Positions 10,601 to 18,429 of a stretch of DNA of 54,214 nt are shown piece by piece. The stretch comes from a virus (Duplodnaviria > Caudoviricetes), in IMG/VR virus record IMGVR_UViG_3300002026_000174, positions 1 through 54,214 of that record; one strand, given 5' to 3'. The number at the start of each line of letters is the position of its first letter. The stretch's first letter is position 1. A program made the position numbers and the translations under genes. The notes under the pieces are model-generated. The model searched no databases and was not told where the DNA came from. It saw only the letters and a list, made by a program, of their open reading frames with translations.

Positions 10601-13179
10601 ACGCTCTGAAAGTTGCCAAAGCGGGCGACACGATGACCGGTCTGCTGACGCTGTCTGCTGATCCTACTGGCAACTTGCACGCTGCCACCAAGCAATACGT
10701 CGATAGCGCTGACTCTGGTCTGAACACCCGTTTGACCACGGCTGAAGGCACTGTGGCTGTTCTCAATACCGACCCCGTGACCAAAGCCTACACTGACAGC
10801 CAAGACGCGCTCAAAGTGGCTAAGTCGGGTGACACCATGAGTGGTTTCTTGGTTTTGGCTGCTGATCCAGTCTCTGCCTTGCAAGCTGCTACGAAACAAT
10901 ACGTCGATACGGCTGATACGGGTCTGTCTACACGCGTGAGTACTCTGGAGACCTCTTCAGCGAACCTCAACAGCGATCCGACCACCAAGACGTATGTCGA
11001 CGCGCAAGACGCTCTGAAGGTGGCTAAAGCTGGCGACACGATGACCGGTCTGTTGGTTCTGTCGGCTGATCCTGTGCTCAACATGCACGCGTCTACCAAA
11101 CAGTACGTCGATCTGGCTGACTCTGGCCTGAACACACGTCTGACTGCCGCTGAAGGTACCGTGGCCACACTGTACGCTGATCCGACCACTAAGACGTATG
11201 TGGATGCACAAGATGCCACCAAGGTCGCTAAGGCCGGTGACACGATGACCGGTCCCCTGGTCCTGCCAGCTGATCCTATTTTGGCTCTGCAAGCTGCCAC
11301 CAAGCAATACGTCGACAGCGGTGATGCCGCACTCGATGCGCGTTTGGATACCGCTGAAGCCACACTCACTGGTCTGGTCTCTGACCCGACGACCAAAGCC
11401 TACGTCGATGCACAAGACGCTCTGAAGGTCGCCAAAGCTGGCGACACGATGACGGGTCATCTGGTACTGTCTGCTGACCCGTCTGTGGCCATGCATGCAG
11501 CGACCAAGCAATACACCGATACCACCGTAGCGACCCATGCCGCTAACGATAGCCTGCACCTGACCGCAGGTCAGAATACCTTCTTGGACGCTGTGACTGT
11601 CACTTCGGTGGAAGTCAACCGTTTGGCTGGCATCACTGGTGATGTGCAAACCCAACTCGACAGCAAGGTCGCTCTGGCTGGAAGCACCATGACGGGTAGC
11701 CTGATTCTGTCAGCTGATCCGACCGTTGCACTGCAAGCGACCACCAAGCAATACGTCGACGCTGCTGACTCTGGTCTGAACACGCGCCTGATCGCTGCTG
11801 AGAACACTGTGGCTACTTTGAACAGTGATCCGACCACCAAGACTTACGTCGACAATAACCTGAACAACAAGGTCGCCAAAGCCGGTGACTCCATGACAGG
11901 CTACTTGACTTTGGTAGGTGCTCCGGTACAACCGCTGCACGCCGTGACCAAAACTTATGTGGATAACTTGGTGCAAGGTTTGAACTCCAAACCCGCCGTG
12001 CGTTACGCCACCGATGCCAACTTGAATTCGGTGTACACCAATGGTACGCTGGGTGTGAACTCTACGCTGGTCTCAGTGGCTAACGCTGCGCTGGTCGTGG
12101 GTGGTTCTACCGCTGTCGTGGGTGACCGTGTGCTGGTGAAGGCTCAAACCAACGCCAAAGAAAACGGCTGCTACGTCGTCCAACAAGTCGGTGACACCAA
12201 TACACCGTTCATCCTCAAACGCATCGAGACCATCGATGAGTCCTCAGAGGTGCCGGGTTCTTACTTCTACGTCTATGACGGTGCTTTGAAGGGCACAGGC
12301 TGGTTGGCCACGGTCACCAACCCGGATACCTTCACCATCGGCACAGATGAGATCTTCGTGAACCAGTTCTCTGGCGCAGGCACTTACCAAGGTGGTGCTG
12401 GCTTGCAGTTGACAGGTACGGTGTTTGATATCCTCACTGCTTCTTCTAGCCGCATCGTGGTGGCTCAGGACAGCATTGACTTGGCAACGACTGCCGTGAT
12501 CCCTGGTGCTTACACCAAGCTCACCGTGGACGCTTATGGTCGTGCTACACAGGGCTCTAACCCCACCACGCTCGAAGGCTATGGCATCACTGATGCACAA
12601 GCTCTGAATGCGAACCTGGGTGCTATTTCTGCTGTGGCTGGCAACGGCATCTATATCAAGGTCGATGGCTCTAACGCCACCACCAAATCGATTGCGGTCT
12701 CTGGCACGGGCTTGTCCATTGCCAACGCCAACGGTATTGCCGCAGGAGACATCACCATCTCCTCCAACGCCACCAATCTCAATACACCTAGCACCGTCGT
12801 GGCGCGTGACTCCTCGGGTAACTTCACTGCTAACGCCGTGACAGCTGCTCTGGTGGGTAATGCATCGACTGCGACTGCTTTGGAGACAGCTCGCGATATC
12901 TCGATCACCGGCGATGTGGTAGCAAGCGCTGTGTCCTTCAACGGCACCGCTCCTGTGGCACTGTCTACCGCACTGACCGAGACTGGCGTGGTCCCGGGTG
13001 CTTACACCAAGGTCACTGTGGATGCCAAGGGTCGTTTGACTCTGGGTGAGAACCCCACCACCTTGGCAGGCTACGGTATCGTTGATGCCTTGACCATGAC
13101 ACAAGTGAACGACAAGTTCGCTGAACTCGATGCCAAGATCGATGAACTGTACAACTATATCCAATCTCGTTTTGCTTAA
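7675..13179 (+). CDS. Giant repetitive tail fibre protein (1834 aa)
   Basis: Two blocks of 68-aa repeats (KVAKAGDTMTGxLxLSADP..AATKQYVD..DPTTKTYVDAQDAL), a central DUF2793-like segment, a GDRVLVKxQTxxxENGxY motif and two PGxYTKxTVDxxGRxTxGxNPTTLxGYGI fibre motifs. Confidence 0.85.
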   Translation: MKLNIYGNLPVFLIHDPEEPLEAATKQYVDNNIIAHRDDVNLHMTAQQNTFLDSLSVTAIEVNYLSGVTSGVQAQFDSKVNLAGGTMTGLLTLSGDPTLNLQAATKQYVDTADIALAGRVSTLESLGASLNADATTKTYVDAQDALKVAKAGDIMSGFLTLSADPTGAMHAATKQYVDTADSALNTRLTTAEGTIATLNTDATTKAYVDTQLALKVAKAGDTMTGPLVLPADPLTALQASTKQYVDSGDSALNTRLVSAEGTIAGLNTDPVTKAYTDSQDALKVAKAGDTMTGLLTLSADPVVNMHAATKRYVDTADSTLAARVSANETNLATLNTDPTTKTYVDTQDALKVAKAGDTMTGALILNADPSVAMQAATKQYVDTADLALSNRVDVTEANLGTLNADATTKAYVDAQDALKVSKAGDTMSGLLTLSADPTASMHASTKQYVDSSITTHTSNDAIHITAGQNSFLDAVTATATEVNQLVGVTSAVQGQIDSKLPLAGGTLTGNLVMSSGSVVTLNTMPAATTDAVNKAYVDGLIQGLKWKDPILDSNLVNTGLNVAPAVPVNGYSYVVGDAPVGVWAAFAGRLVTYDGTQWVDVLGRAVAIGDRVGVAFDAPTGDVGASLVAFDNQVLTVTGLAPLSFTQEVNEANDTTLVTDSQSYSFGTSYTFTDESGWVKVSSNINFVTGTGLSLAGKLLGVNLSSGIEEVNDAGVSRLRAKLYPSSGLIFTEDGTATSTSLQAAIGVKVDASTVVLSLGAVAVAPAVMSDIAAKMNRSGDTMTGLLTLSADPTLALQAATKQYVDNADSLLDGRVDTLEATSAALNTDPTTKTYVDAQDALKVAKAGDTMSGFLSLSADPTGAMHAATKQYVDTADNAMNTRMVAAEASIDVLEADPTTKTYVDAQDALKVAKAGDTMTGSLILSADPTAALQAATKQYVDNADIALDGRVDTLETTSAALNTDPTTKTYVDAQDALKVAKAGDTMTGLLTLSADPTGNLHAATKQYVDSADSGLNTRLTTAEGTVAVLNTDPVTKAYTDSQDALKVAKSGDTMSGFLVLAADPVSALQAATKQYVDTADTGLSTRVSTLETSSANLNSDPTTKTYVDAQDALKVAKAGDTMTGLLVLSADPVLNMHASTKQYVDLADSGLNTRLTAAEGTVATLYADPTTKTYVDAQDATKVAKAGDTMTGPLVLPADPILALQAATKQYVDSGDAALDARLDTAEATLTGLVSDPTTKAYVDAQDALKVAKAGDTMTGHLVLSADPSVAMHAATKQYTDTTVATHAANDSLHLTAGQNTFLDAVTVTSVEVNRLAGITGDVQTQLDSKVALAGSTMTGSLILSADPTVALQATTKQYVDAADSGLNTRLIAAENTVATLNSDPTTKTYVDNNLNNKVAKAGDSMTGYLTLVGAPVQPLHAVTKTYVDNLVQGLNSKPAVRYATDANLNSVYTNGTLGVNSTLVSVANAALVVGGSTAVVGDRVLVKAQTNAKENGCYVVQQVGDTNTPFILKRIETIDESSEVPGSYFYVYDGALKGTGWLATVTNPDTFTIGTDEIFVNQFSGAGTYQGGAGLQLTGTVFDILTASSSRIVVAQDSIDLATTAVIPGAYTKLTVDAYGRATQGSNPTTLEGYGITDAQALNANLGAISAVAGNGIYIKVDGSNATTKSIAVSGTGLSIANANGIAAGDITISSNATNLNTPSTVVARDSSGNFTANAVTAALVGNASTATALETARDISITGDVVASAVSFNGTAPVALSTALTETGVVPGAYTKVTVDAKGRLTLGENPTTLAGYGIVDALTMTQVNDKFAELDAKIDELYNYIQSRFA
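7910..9020 (+). repeat. First block of ~204-bp coding tandem repeats in the fibre gene
   Basis: GG(T/C)GACAC(C/G)ATG and ACCAAGCAGTA(C/T)GT recur about every 204 bp; edges approximate. Confidence 0.8.
10010..11960 (+). repeat. Second block of ~204-bp coding tandem repeats in the fibre gene
   Basis: Same unit; antisense shadow ORFs begin at 10176, 10380, 10584 and 10788, showing the 204-bp period; edges approximate. Confidence 0.85.
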
Positions 13180-13197
13180 TCGCTAACAGACCCTAAG

Positions 13198-13237
13198 CTG
13201 CCCTCCTCTACCCCGTCACAAGGGTAGAGGAGGGCAG
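13198..13237. terminator. Hairpin between convergent genes
   Basis: 16-bp perfect stem CTGCCCTCCTCTACCC/GGGTAGAGGAGGGCAG followed by TACCTTTTT. Confidence 0.75.
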
Positions 13238-13261
13238 TACCTTTTTGAGAGGTAGGTGGCT

Positions 13262-14107
13262 TTACAGTTGGGTGATGGTCTTGGCATCGATCAAGAAGGC
13301 CATATAAAAGTTCTTGATGTTGTACAAGGTATAACCAAAGGCTTCGATCGTCTTGTTGAAGTTGTAGAGCATCTTCTCCAGATCTTTCTTGATGGCGGTA
13401 TTGTTGATCTGGATATCTTGCGTACCGACTGCTTCGATCAGGTGGTTCAAGAGGTCGGAGATCGTGGCATAGAGGGTATGGATGGACTGGATGGACTTCT
13501 CGTTGGCGACTTTGTCGAGCTTTTCGATGTACTCGAAGATAGGCTTGATGTCGTTGTAGGTTTTCAGAACCGAGCGAATCGAGGCTTTGTCCACGCCGTT
13601 GTTGTGCGGAAAGTATTTGGAGAGGTTATCGCGGTGCTTTTGCGCAATCTTCGACTGCAGCTCGACTTTACCGTAGCCGTAGATGGTATTGAGCTTGTCC
13701 AGATTGGCGTTGTTGATGAAGTCAGCAATGGCCATCTTAGTGAGGTCACCGGATTCGATCGTGAGCTTGTAGAGGTCTTCGATGACCATGTGCAGGTCTG
13801 AGACGTAATCGATGTACTTGCCCTTGAAGTTCTCAGGCACGGTGATGACGTTCTCGGAGGTGGTCGTGAAGTCCAAGTTCTTGACCTTGTGGTTGACTTC
13901 TAACGAGTAGGCGAAGATGGCCTTGATATCGTCATCGCTGTATTTGCCGATCAAGGTGGTGTACACGGTGTTCAGGCTATCGGCGATCTTGTAGAAGTAG
14001 TCTGAGAGCGACTCCGCGGAGATCACCTCAGAGGTCTCGAACATGGCGAGGTGTTGCTCTAAGGAGAGCTTAGGTTTGGCGAGGTCTTCTTGTGCGTAGA
14101 GCTTCAT
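13262..14107 (-). CDS. Hypothetical protein, possibly an internal head protein
   Basis: 281-aa helical ORF with AGGA RBS; N-terminal SLE and SAE motifs resemble phiKZ prohead-protease sites (S/A/G-X-E). Confidence 0.6.
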   Translation of the reverse strand: MKLYAQEDLAKPKLSLEQHLAMFETSEVISAESLSDYFYKIADSLNTVYTTLIGKYSDDDIKAIFAYSLEVNHKVKNLDFTTTSENVITVPENFKGKYIDYVSDLHMVIEDLYKLTIESGDLTKMAIADFINNANLDKLNTIYGYGKVELQSKIAQKHRDNLSKYFPHNNGVDKASIRSVLKTYNDIKPIFEYIEKLDKVANEKSIQSIHTLYATISDLLNHLIEAVGTQDIQINNTAIKKDLEKMLYNFNKTIEAFGYTLYNIKNFYMAFLIDAKTITQL

Positions 14108-14190
14108 AATTCTGTCCTGTGTGGGTGGGCATGGGTAAGGTCACAAAATGACCACCAGAGCCCTTAAACAGGCTCTGGTGCGTCTATCGG

Positions 14191-15306
14191 TTAAGAGTAG
14201 TACTCAGCTGCCACTTGCTTGGATACTTCCTTTAAAAGCGTATTGGTGGTGCCTGCAATATAGGGGGATAACACGATACGGTTGCTGATGCTCTTAAAGC
14301 CAAACATCGCTAAGACCTCACGGTTATCTTCGGTGTGGATATCGTAGTTCATGATCTCACCGACCACGGACTTGAGCTGGGCTGCAAACACGAATTTATC
14401 GCCTACACCAGCATTAACATCGACGGTGATGTAGACCTTGATCTCCATCGTATCGAGTTGTAGGTTGTTACCTTCGACCCGGTACTCGGAATCTACGGCG
14501 TTGGAGTCGACTTCTAGGTCGGTATGTTTGCTGCTGTGGCGCACCTCGGCGTCTAACTCTTTCGCGAGTTTCTTGAGCGTGGGTGACATGTCGGTGGTCG
14601 ATCCATTGTAGTAGATCTCATACTTGTCAATCACGCCTTGGAGCTTAGCTTTAGGAGAGATGTTGGCCATGTTAGCGAGCAGCTTAATCGTGTCCTCAGA
14701 GAGGTTAGTCAGGTCTGAGGTCTCATCGAGGATCGTGAAGAGTACCGTATCAGGCTCTACCGTAGTGCCAACTGGCAGCAGCTTGATCACGTTCTTCGTG
14801 AACTCCACCACAAAGGACTTGACCTTGGTGATCTTCGTAGAGAGTTTAGCAGAGAGCTTATGAGACAGCGCTGAGCTGTCCTCGTAGACCTCGTTATTGA
14901 GTGTCAGTGCCGTGGTGGCTAGAGCATTGATCTTCATGATGATGCGCTTGGGGTCTAACCAATCGCGCTCAAAGAAACCTGTGTTATAGGTGAGGATATC
15001 GTCTTTTCTGAAGGTATCACCAACAGCGAGATCAGAGATGACTTCGTGAGGGTAGCAAGTACCTTCAGCTAAGCCGTGTTGACGACCGGTGGGGATCGTG
15101 ACTTTAGTACCGTTCTTGTATTCCACGGTAAAGACTTTCTCGGTCTTGTGGATCACACGACCACTGTCTTTGGCCACGTAACAAAAGAGTTTACCGGCCC
15201 TGTAAGGCACGATATATTCATACCCTGTACGCAGGAGAGGCTGGTGGTAGTCTCTGGCTGCGATGGTGTGTGCGTTCTGGATGCCAACAAAATTGACCCG
15301 TTTTGG
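14191..15306 (-). CDS. Virion-type RNA polymerase beta subunit, 3' exon
   Basis: Frame extends upstream of the listed ORF to PKRVNFVGIQNAH...PLLRTGYE; contains YEDS and GDKF beta motifs; joins exon 1 ending HDD. Confidence 0.9.
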   Translation of the reverse strand, partial: PKRVNFVGIQNAHTIAARDYHQPLLRTGYEYIVPYRAGKLFCYVAKDSGRVIHKTEKVFTVEYKNGTKVTIPTGRQHGLAEGTCYPHEVISDLAVGDTFRKDDILTYNTGFFERDWLDPKRIIMKINALATTALTLNNEVYEDSSALSHKLSAKLSTKITKVKSFVVEFTKNVIKLLPVGTTVEPDTVLFTILDETSDLTNLSEDTIKLLANMANISPKAKLQGVIDKYEIYYNGSTTDMSPTLKKLAKELDAEVRHSSKHTDLEVDSNAVDSEYRVEGNNLQLDTMEIKVYITVDVNAGVGDKFVFAAQLKSVVGEIMNYDIHTEDNREVLAMFGFKSISNRIVLSPYIAGTTNTLLKEVSKQVAAEYYS

Positions 15307-15621
15307 CGATGTCTTCAGTCAAGTTCGTTAAACATGACCCGCTACTCATGGTAGCTGCTCTGGGTTTTCCCCAGATGTCGAGACTATATCTTCACCTTCC
15401 GATTAATGGTAAGGTGTTTCCTGTTTCCCCACCCACTCGGGCAGGTACTGGCTGATAAGGCCATAGTCGTTGAACGTTACGCATATCTCGCTTCACAGCG
15501 TTATGTAGCGTCTTCGCTGCGGATTACCCATCTATCTTTACCTCTTTTACCATACCCAGGTGATTAGTCTGGCCATAGATGTGTTTCCATCATCTACTTG
15601 GTGTGTAAAGCTCTCAGATGT

Positions 15622-16287
15622 CTAACTTAAACGAGATAAGACGTCGGATTTCTTTAAATTTCTTTTATAAGGTATTCGCTCAAGCGTTATACCCTTTTCT
15701 TTAAAGAATTCTTCCTTGATCTTATCATACTCTTGCACTGTGCCATTATTCCACTGTTGCCAGATATGTTTAGGGTTTTTATGTTGAGATCCGTCAGCTT
15801 CAATTACCAGATTCTTTTCTGGTATGTAAAAGTCAACTCTCAGCGGATAACCCGTTGTCCCTACCAGTCCATCAAATTTCTTTTCAGTTTCTATGTGAGA
15901 AAATTCCTGTTGAAGAAACTCTCCCACCTTTTCCTGAAATTTTGATTTTGGTTTGACAAATCCCAAATCACGGTTTAGTTCACTTACCTTCAAACCGTGT
16001 TTGGTAAACATCTTAGAACTATGTCCAATGCCAGTGCAAATCTCCTCCATTGCACAGTACTCATTCTTTTCCCGAATAAAGTCAGTGACTTTATTCTTCA
16101 AGATTTCTCCACCAACATCTTTAGCTATACAGCCTTGATTTTTTTTATCTGGAGATTTTGAAGCACAGGATCTAGAACAGTGGGATGTTTTCAAAGTAAC
16201 AGCATACCCGTCTTTAGGTAAATACCTCGTGCTGAATACTTTCCCACAGGTTGTGCAATTTTTTTCGTGCTCGTTTAAGTTAGACAT
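15622..16287 (-). CDS. Intron-encoded endonuclease 2 (zinc finger plus Vsr/DUF559-like PD-(D/E)xK domain)
   Basis: CTTC...HCSRSC finger and LRVDFYIPEKNLVIEADGSQH nuclease motif; AGGAG RBS before ATG 16287; AT-rich; lies between the two P4 strands of the intron. Confidence 0.8.
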   Translation of the reverse strand: MSNLNEHEKNCTTCGKVFSTRYLPKDGYAVTLKTSHCSRSCASKSPDKKNQGCIAKDVGGEILKNKVTDFIREKNEYCAMEEICTGIGHSSKMFTKHGLKVSELNRDLGFVKPKSKFQEKVGEFLQQEFSHIETEKKFDGLVGTTGYPLRVDFYIPEKNLVIEADGSQHKNPKHIWQQWNNGTVQEYDKIKEEFFKEKGITLERIPYKRNLKKSDVLSRLS

Positions 16288-16403
16288 CTGCCTGCTCCTA
16301 TGAATGTTTTTCATAGAATTTGCAGGTAGGATGTCCCCGCCAATTAAGGAAAATTTCATTGACTGTTTCTAGTCAATGAGACCGTCTGTCCATTTAAATT
16401 GCA

Positions 16404-17393
16404 TTAACTTGAATAGTAGCTATATCTGTGCCCGTCTGAAAATGTCGTTCTGTCGTTAGACTTAAGACGATAGTTCAGAGCCGTTGGTGAAATACCAAGA
16501 GCCTTTGCACATTCGTTTGCTGATTTAAAAACCCTTACTTCGCCAGTTTGACTGTTTGTAACGTTCACAGACCTTTCCCCTGTGTGTTTTTGCAGTTCCA
16601 AATATGGGTCAACAACCATACGCCATTCAGCGGGGTCATCGGTCCACTTAAGCTGGACAAATCCTGGCAGTACTGCTTGATCTGTTTTTTGTAACCAACC
16701 AGTTACGGTCGACGCAGAGACTTGTAAGTGATCGGCCAACTGACCCATCGTCTTGAACTCAAGTATTTCGTTCGTTAACACGTTCCTGGCTAAAACAGAC
16801 TTAGCTTTGCCGCCTTGTAAGGATCTAATCTTTACCTTTTCTACAGAGCACCATGGTTCGTCACTATGCGAGGGTCTGTATTGTTTACCCTCTGGAAAAA
16901 CCTTGTACTCACCTGCCTTTACCCGCCAGTTTATAAAGTCCTTAGAAACTCCAAACTCTCTGGCACATTCAACAATGCTCGGGTACTTTACAACAATTCC
17001 AGTGTTCACGTCTCTAACAGAAATAGGCATACATTTAGTTGTCAGTCCTAAACTACCCGCATGATGGGCATTGCCTTGATACGTTGTCCATTCCAGATTG
17101 TCTAATCGATCATCGCCTTTTATAGCGTTGAGATGGTTTACCACCATTTTACCAACATTAGGACCTGGGTGTTTGAACACATAACCTAGAAGTCGATGGC
17201 GACCCCATGTCAAAGTGACACCCTCGTCGTCGGTTAACCTAATGTTGACATATCCGTCTGGATTTCTGCTTCCTGTTAAAAACTCTCCACGCTTTTTGTT
17301 AAACACGTCTCCTTTTACCGTGATAGCGTAAGTACTGTAACCTGGTATGTCGTACAGACAAGGAAATTGCGTTTCTACGTTGCTACTATTCAT
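16404..17393 (-). CDS. Intron-encoded HNH homing endonuclease with NUMOD-type DNA-binding repeats
   Basis: HRL...VVNHLNAIKGDDRLDNLEWTTYQGNAHH HNH core; three helix-turn-helix repeats (YPSIVECAREFGVS, FKTMGQLADHLQVS, FKSANECAKALGIS); AGGAG RBS. Confidence 0.9.
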   Translation of the reverse strand: MNSSNVETQFPCLYDIPGYSTYAITVKGDVFNKKRGEFLTGSRNPDGYVNIRLTDDEGVTLTWGRHRLLGYVFKHPGPNVGKMVVNHLNAIKGDDRLDNLEWTTYQGNAHHAGSLGLTTKCMPISVRDVNTGIVVKYPSIVECAREFGVSKDFINWRVKAGEYKVFPEGKQYRPSHSDEPWCSVEKVKIRSLQGGKAKSVLARNVLTNEILEFKTMGQLADHLQVSASTVTGWLQKTDQAVLPGFVQLKWTDDPAEWRMVVDPYLELQKHTGERSVNVTNSQTGEVRVFKSANECAKALGISPTALNYRLKSNDRTTFSDGHRYSYYSS

Positions 17394-17458
17394 CTCAACT
17401 CCTACATGTATTCAAACAATAGGAGGGTTATCTTTAATGCTATTCAAATGACAGGTTA

Positions 17459-18429
17459 ATCATCGTGATCTACGCCAGGTACAAGTAAAGCTGAAGTGGA
17501 GAGTAACTTCGCTGGGTTAGTCTCGTAGTCTGTATTCGCTGTATCGATCATACCGCGCACGTTCTTAAAGCGAGCGTATGGAGTCAGAAAGGTGTTGATA
17601 CCCACGTCTGAGCTGTCTACCGTCGACTCTGAGGTTACCCCCATATCACTGGGTGTAAATTCCCGCAGTCGCCCTGAGATGGCTTCCTTGTTCAAGCCGT
17701 CTTGTCCGACCAAGGTCACGGACTCCATCTCTTTCAGATCGTTGATGGGGTTGATATCCTCGGTGAGCTTCTTGGAATTGTCCATGACGATGTTGTTCCA
17801 CACCGCGTAGGGTGAGAGCTCGATCTTATTGCTGCGGTTGGTCTTGAACTTATAGTTACGAATGCTCTCTGAGAGAGCTCGGTACATCAGGCCAGGGATG
17901 CGCTCATAGCCCCTGATACGGGTATAGTTAGAGTCATTGACATCAGGGTGATGCATGTCTGTGAGGAGCTGGTTAGCCCTTAGGAGCAGAGCGATGTATT
18001 CGGTTGGCTCTTGCATCTCTTGTAAAACATCCATCGTGATGGGGTCCAGGAAGATGTCTCGGAGCATGTCAAGCTCTTTGAGGTAGAGCATGTTGAAATC
18101 ACGCTCTTCTAAGAGGAGCAAGTAAATGTTCTTCTTGTTGAACTCCGAGAGGGTGTACTCTTTGGTGAAGTCCTTGAAGTAGAGGAAACCAGCCAAAAGC
18201 AGGGAAGCTTCCTTGTTGGCTTTAGAGAAGATGAGCTTGTAGTCGCTGAACTTGAGTTGGTATTCGTCCTTGGCCAGCTTGTACTGCTTGTTCGATGGGA
18301 TGATCGTGGGATTAGCCCGGGTGATCTTGATGAGGTTGGACAACCCTAAGTAATACCCAAAGGCCACACCTAAGGGCATATCTTTACCAAGCACCTTGAT
18401 GTTGGTGAACGAGGTGGGTAGTTCACTTT
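17459..18429 (-). CDS. RNA polymerase beta subunit, middle segment (end of exon 1, downstream of frame break)
   Basis: Frame open from SELPTSFTNIKVLGKD; RIRGYER, INPINDLKE, SESTVDSSDVG motifs; ends GVDHDD at the 5' splice site. Confidence 0.85.

Larger units (their letters stand above)
15307..17458 (-). mobile_element. Group I intron (IA-like) in the RNAP beta gene, carrying two endonuclease ORFs
   Basis: Exon 1 ends in U, intron starts UAA and ends in G; minus strand shows P-like AATTGGCGGGGA, Q AATCCGCAGC, R GTTCAACGACTA, S AAGATATAGTCT; P2 CATTGACT/AGTCAATG, P3 TTTCCT/AGGAAA, P4 GCGG/CCGC, P7 GACTA/TAGTC; splicing restores HDD-PKRVNF in frame. Confidence 0.93.

Noticed and set aside
7910-11960. 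Regular repeats as a CRISPR array or non-coding satellite
   Set aside because: Period is 204 bp, in frame, with synonymous variation; these are protein repeats and there are no unique spacers or cas genes
7954-13164. Long antisense ORFs (553, 369, 232, 306 aa) and similar ones opposite the sheath gene (32759-34141)
   Set aside because: Shadow frames produced by strong codon bias in the real genes; no RBS or recognisable motifs
16288-16359. Listed start of the 245-aa intron ORF
   Set aside because: This stretch overlaps intron core elements P2-P4; the RBS-supported start is 16287
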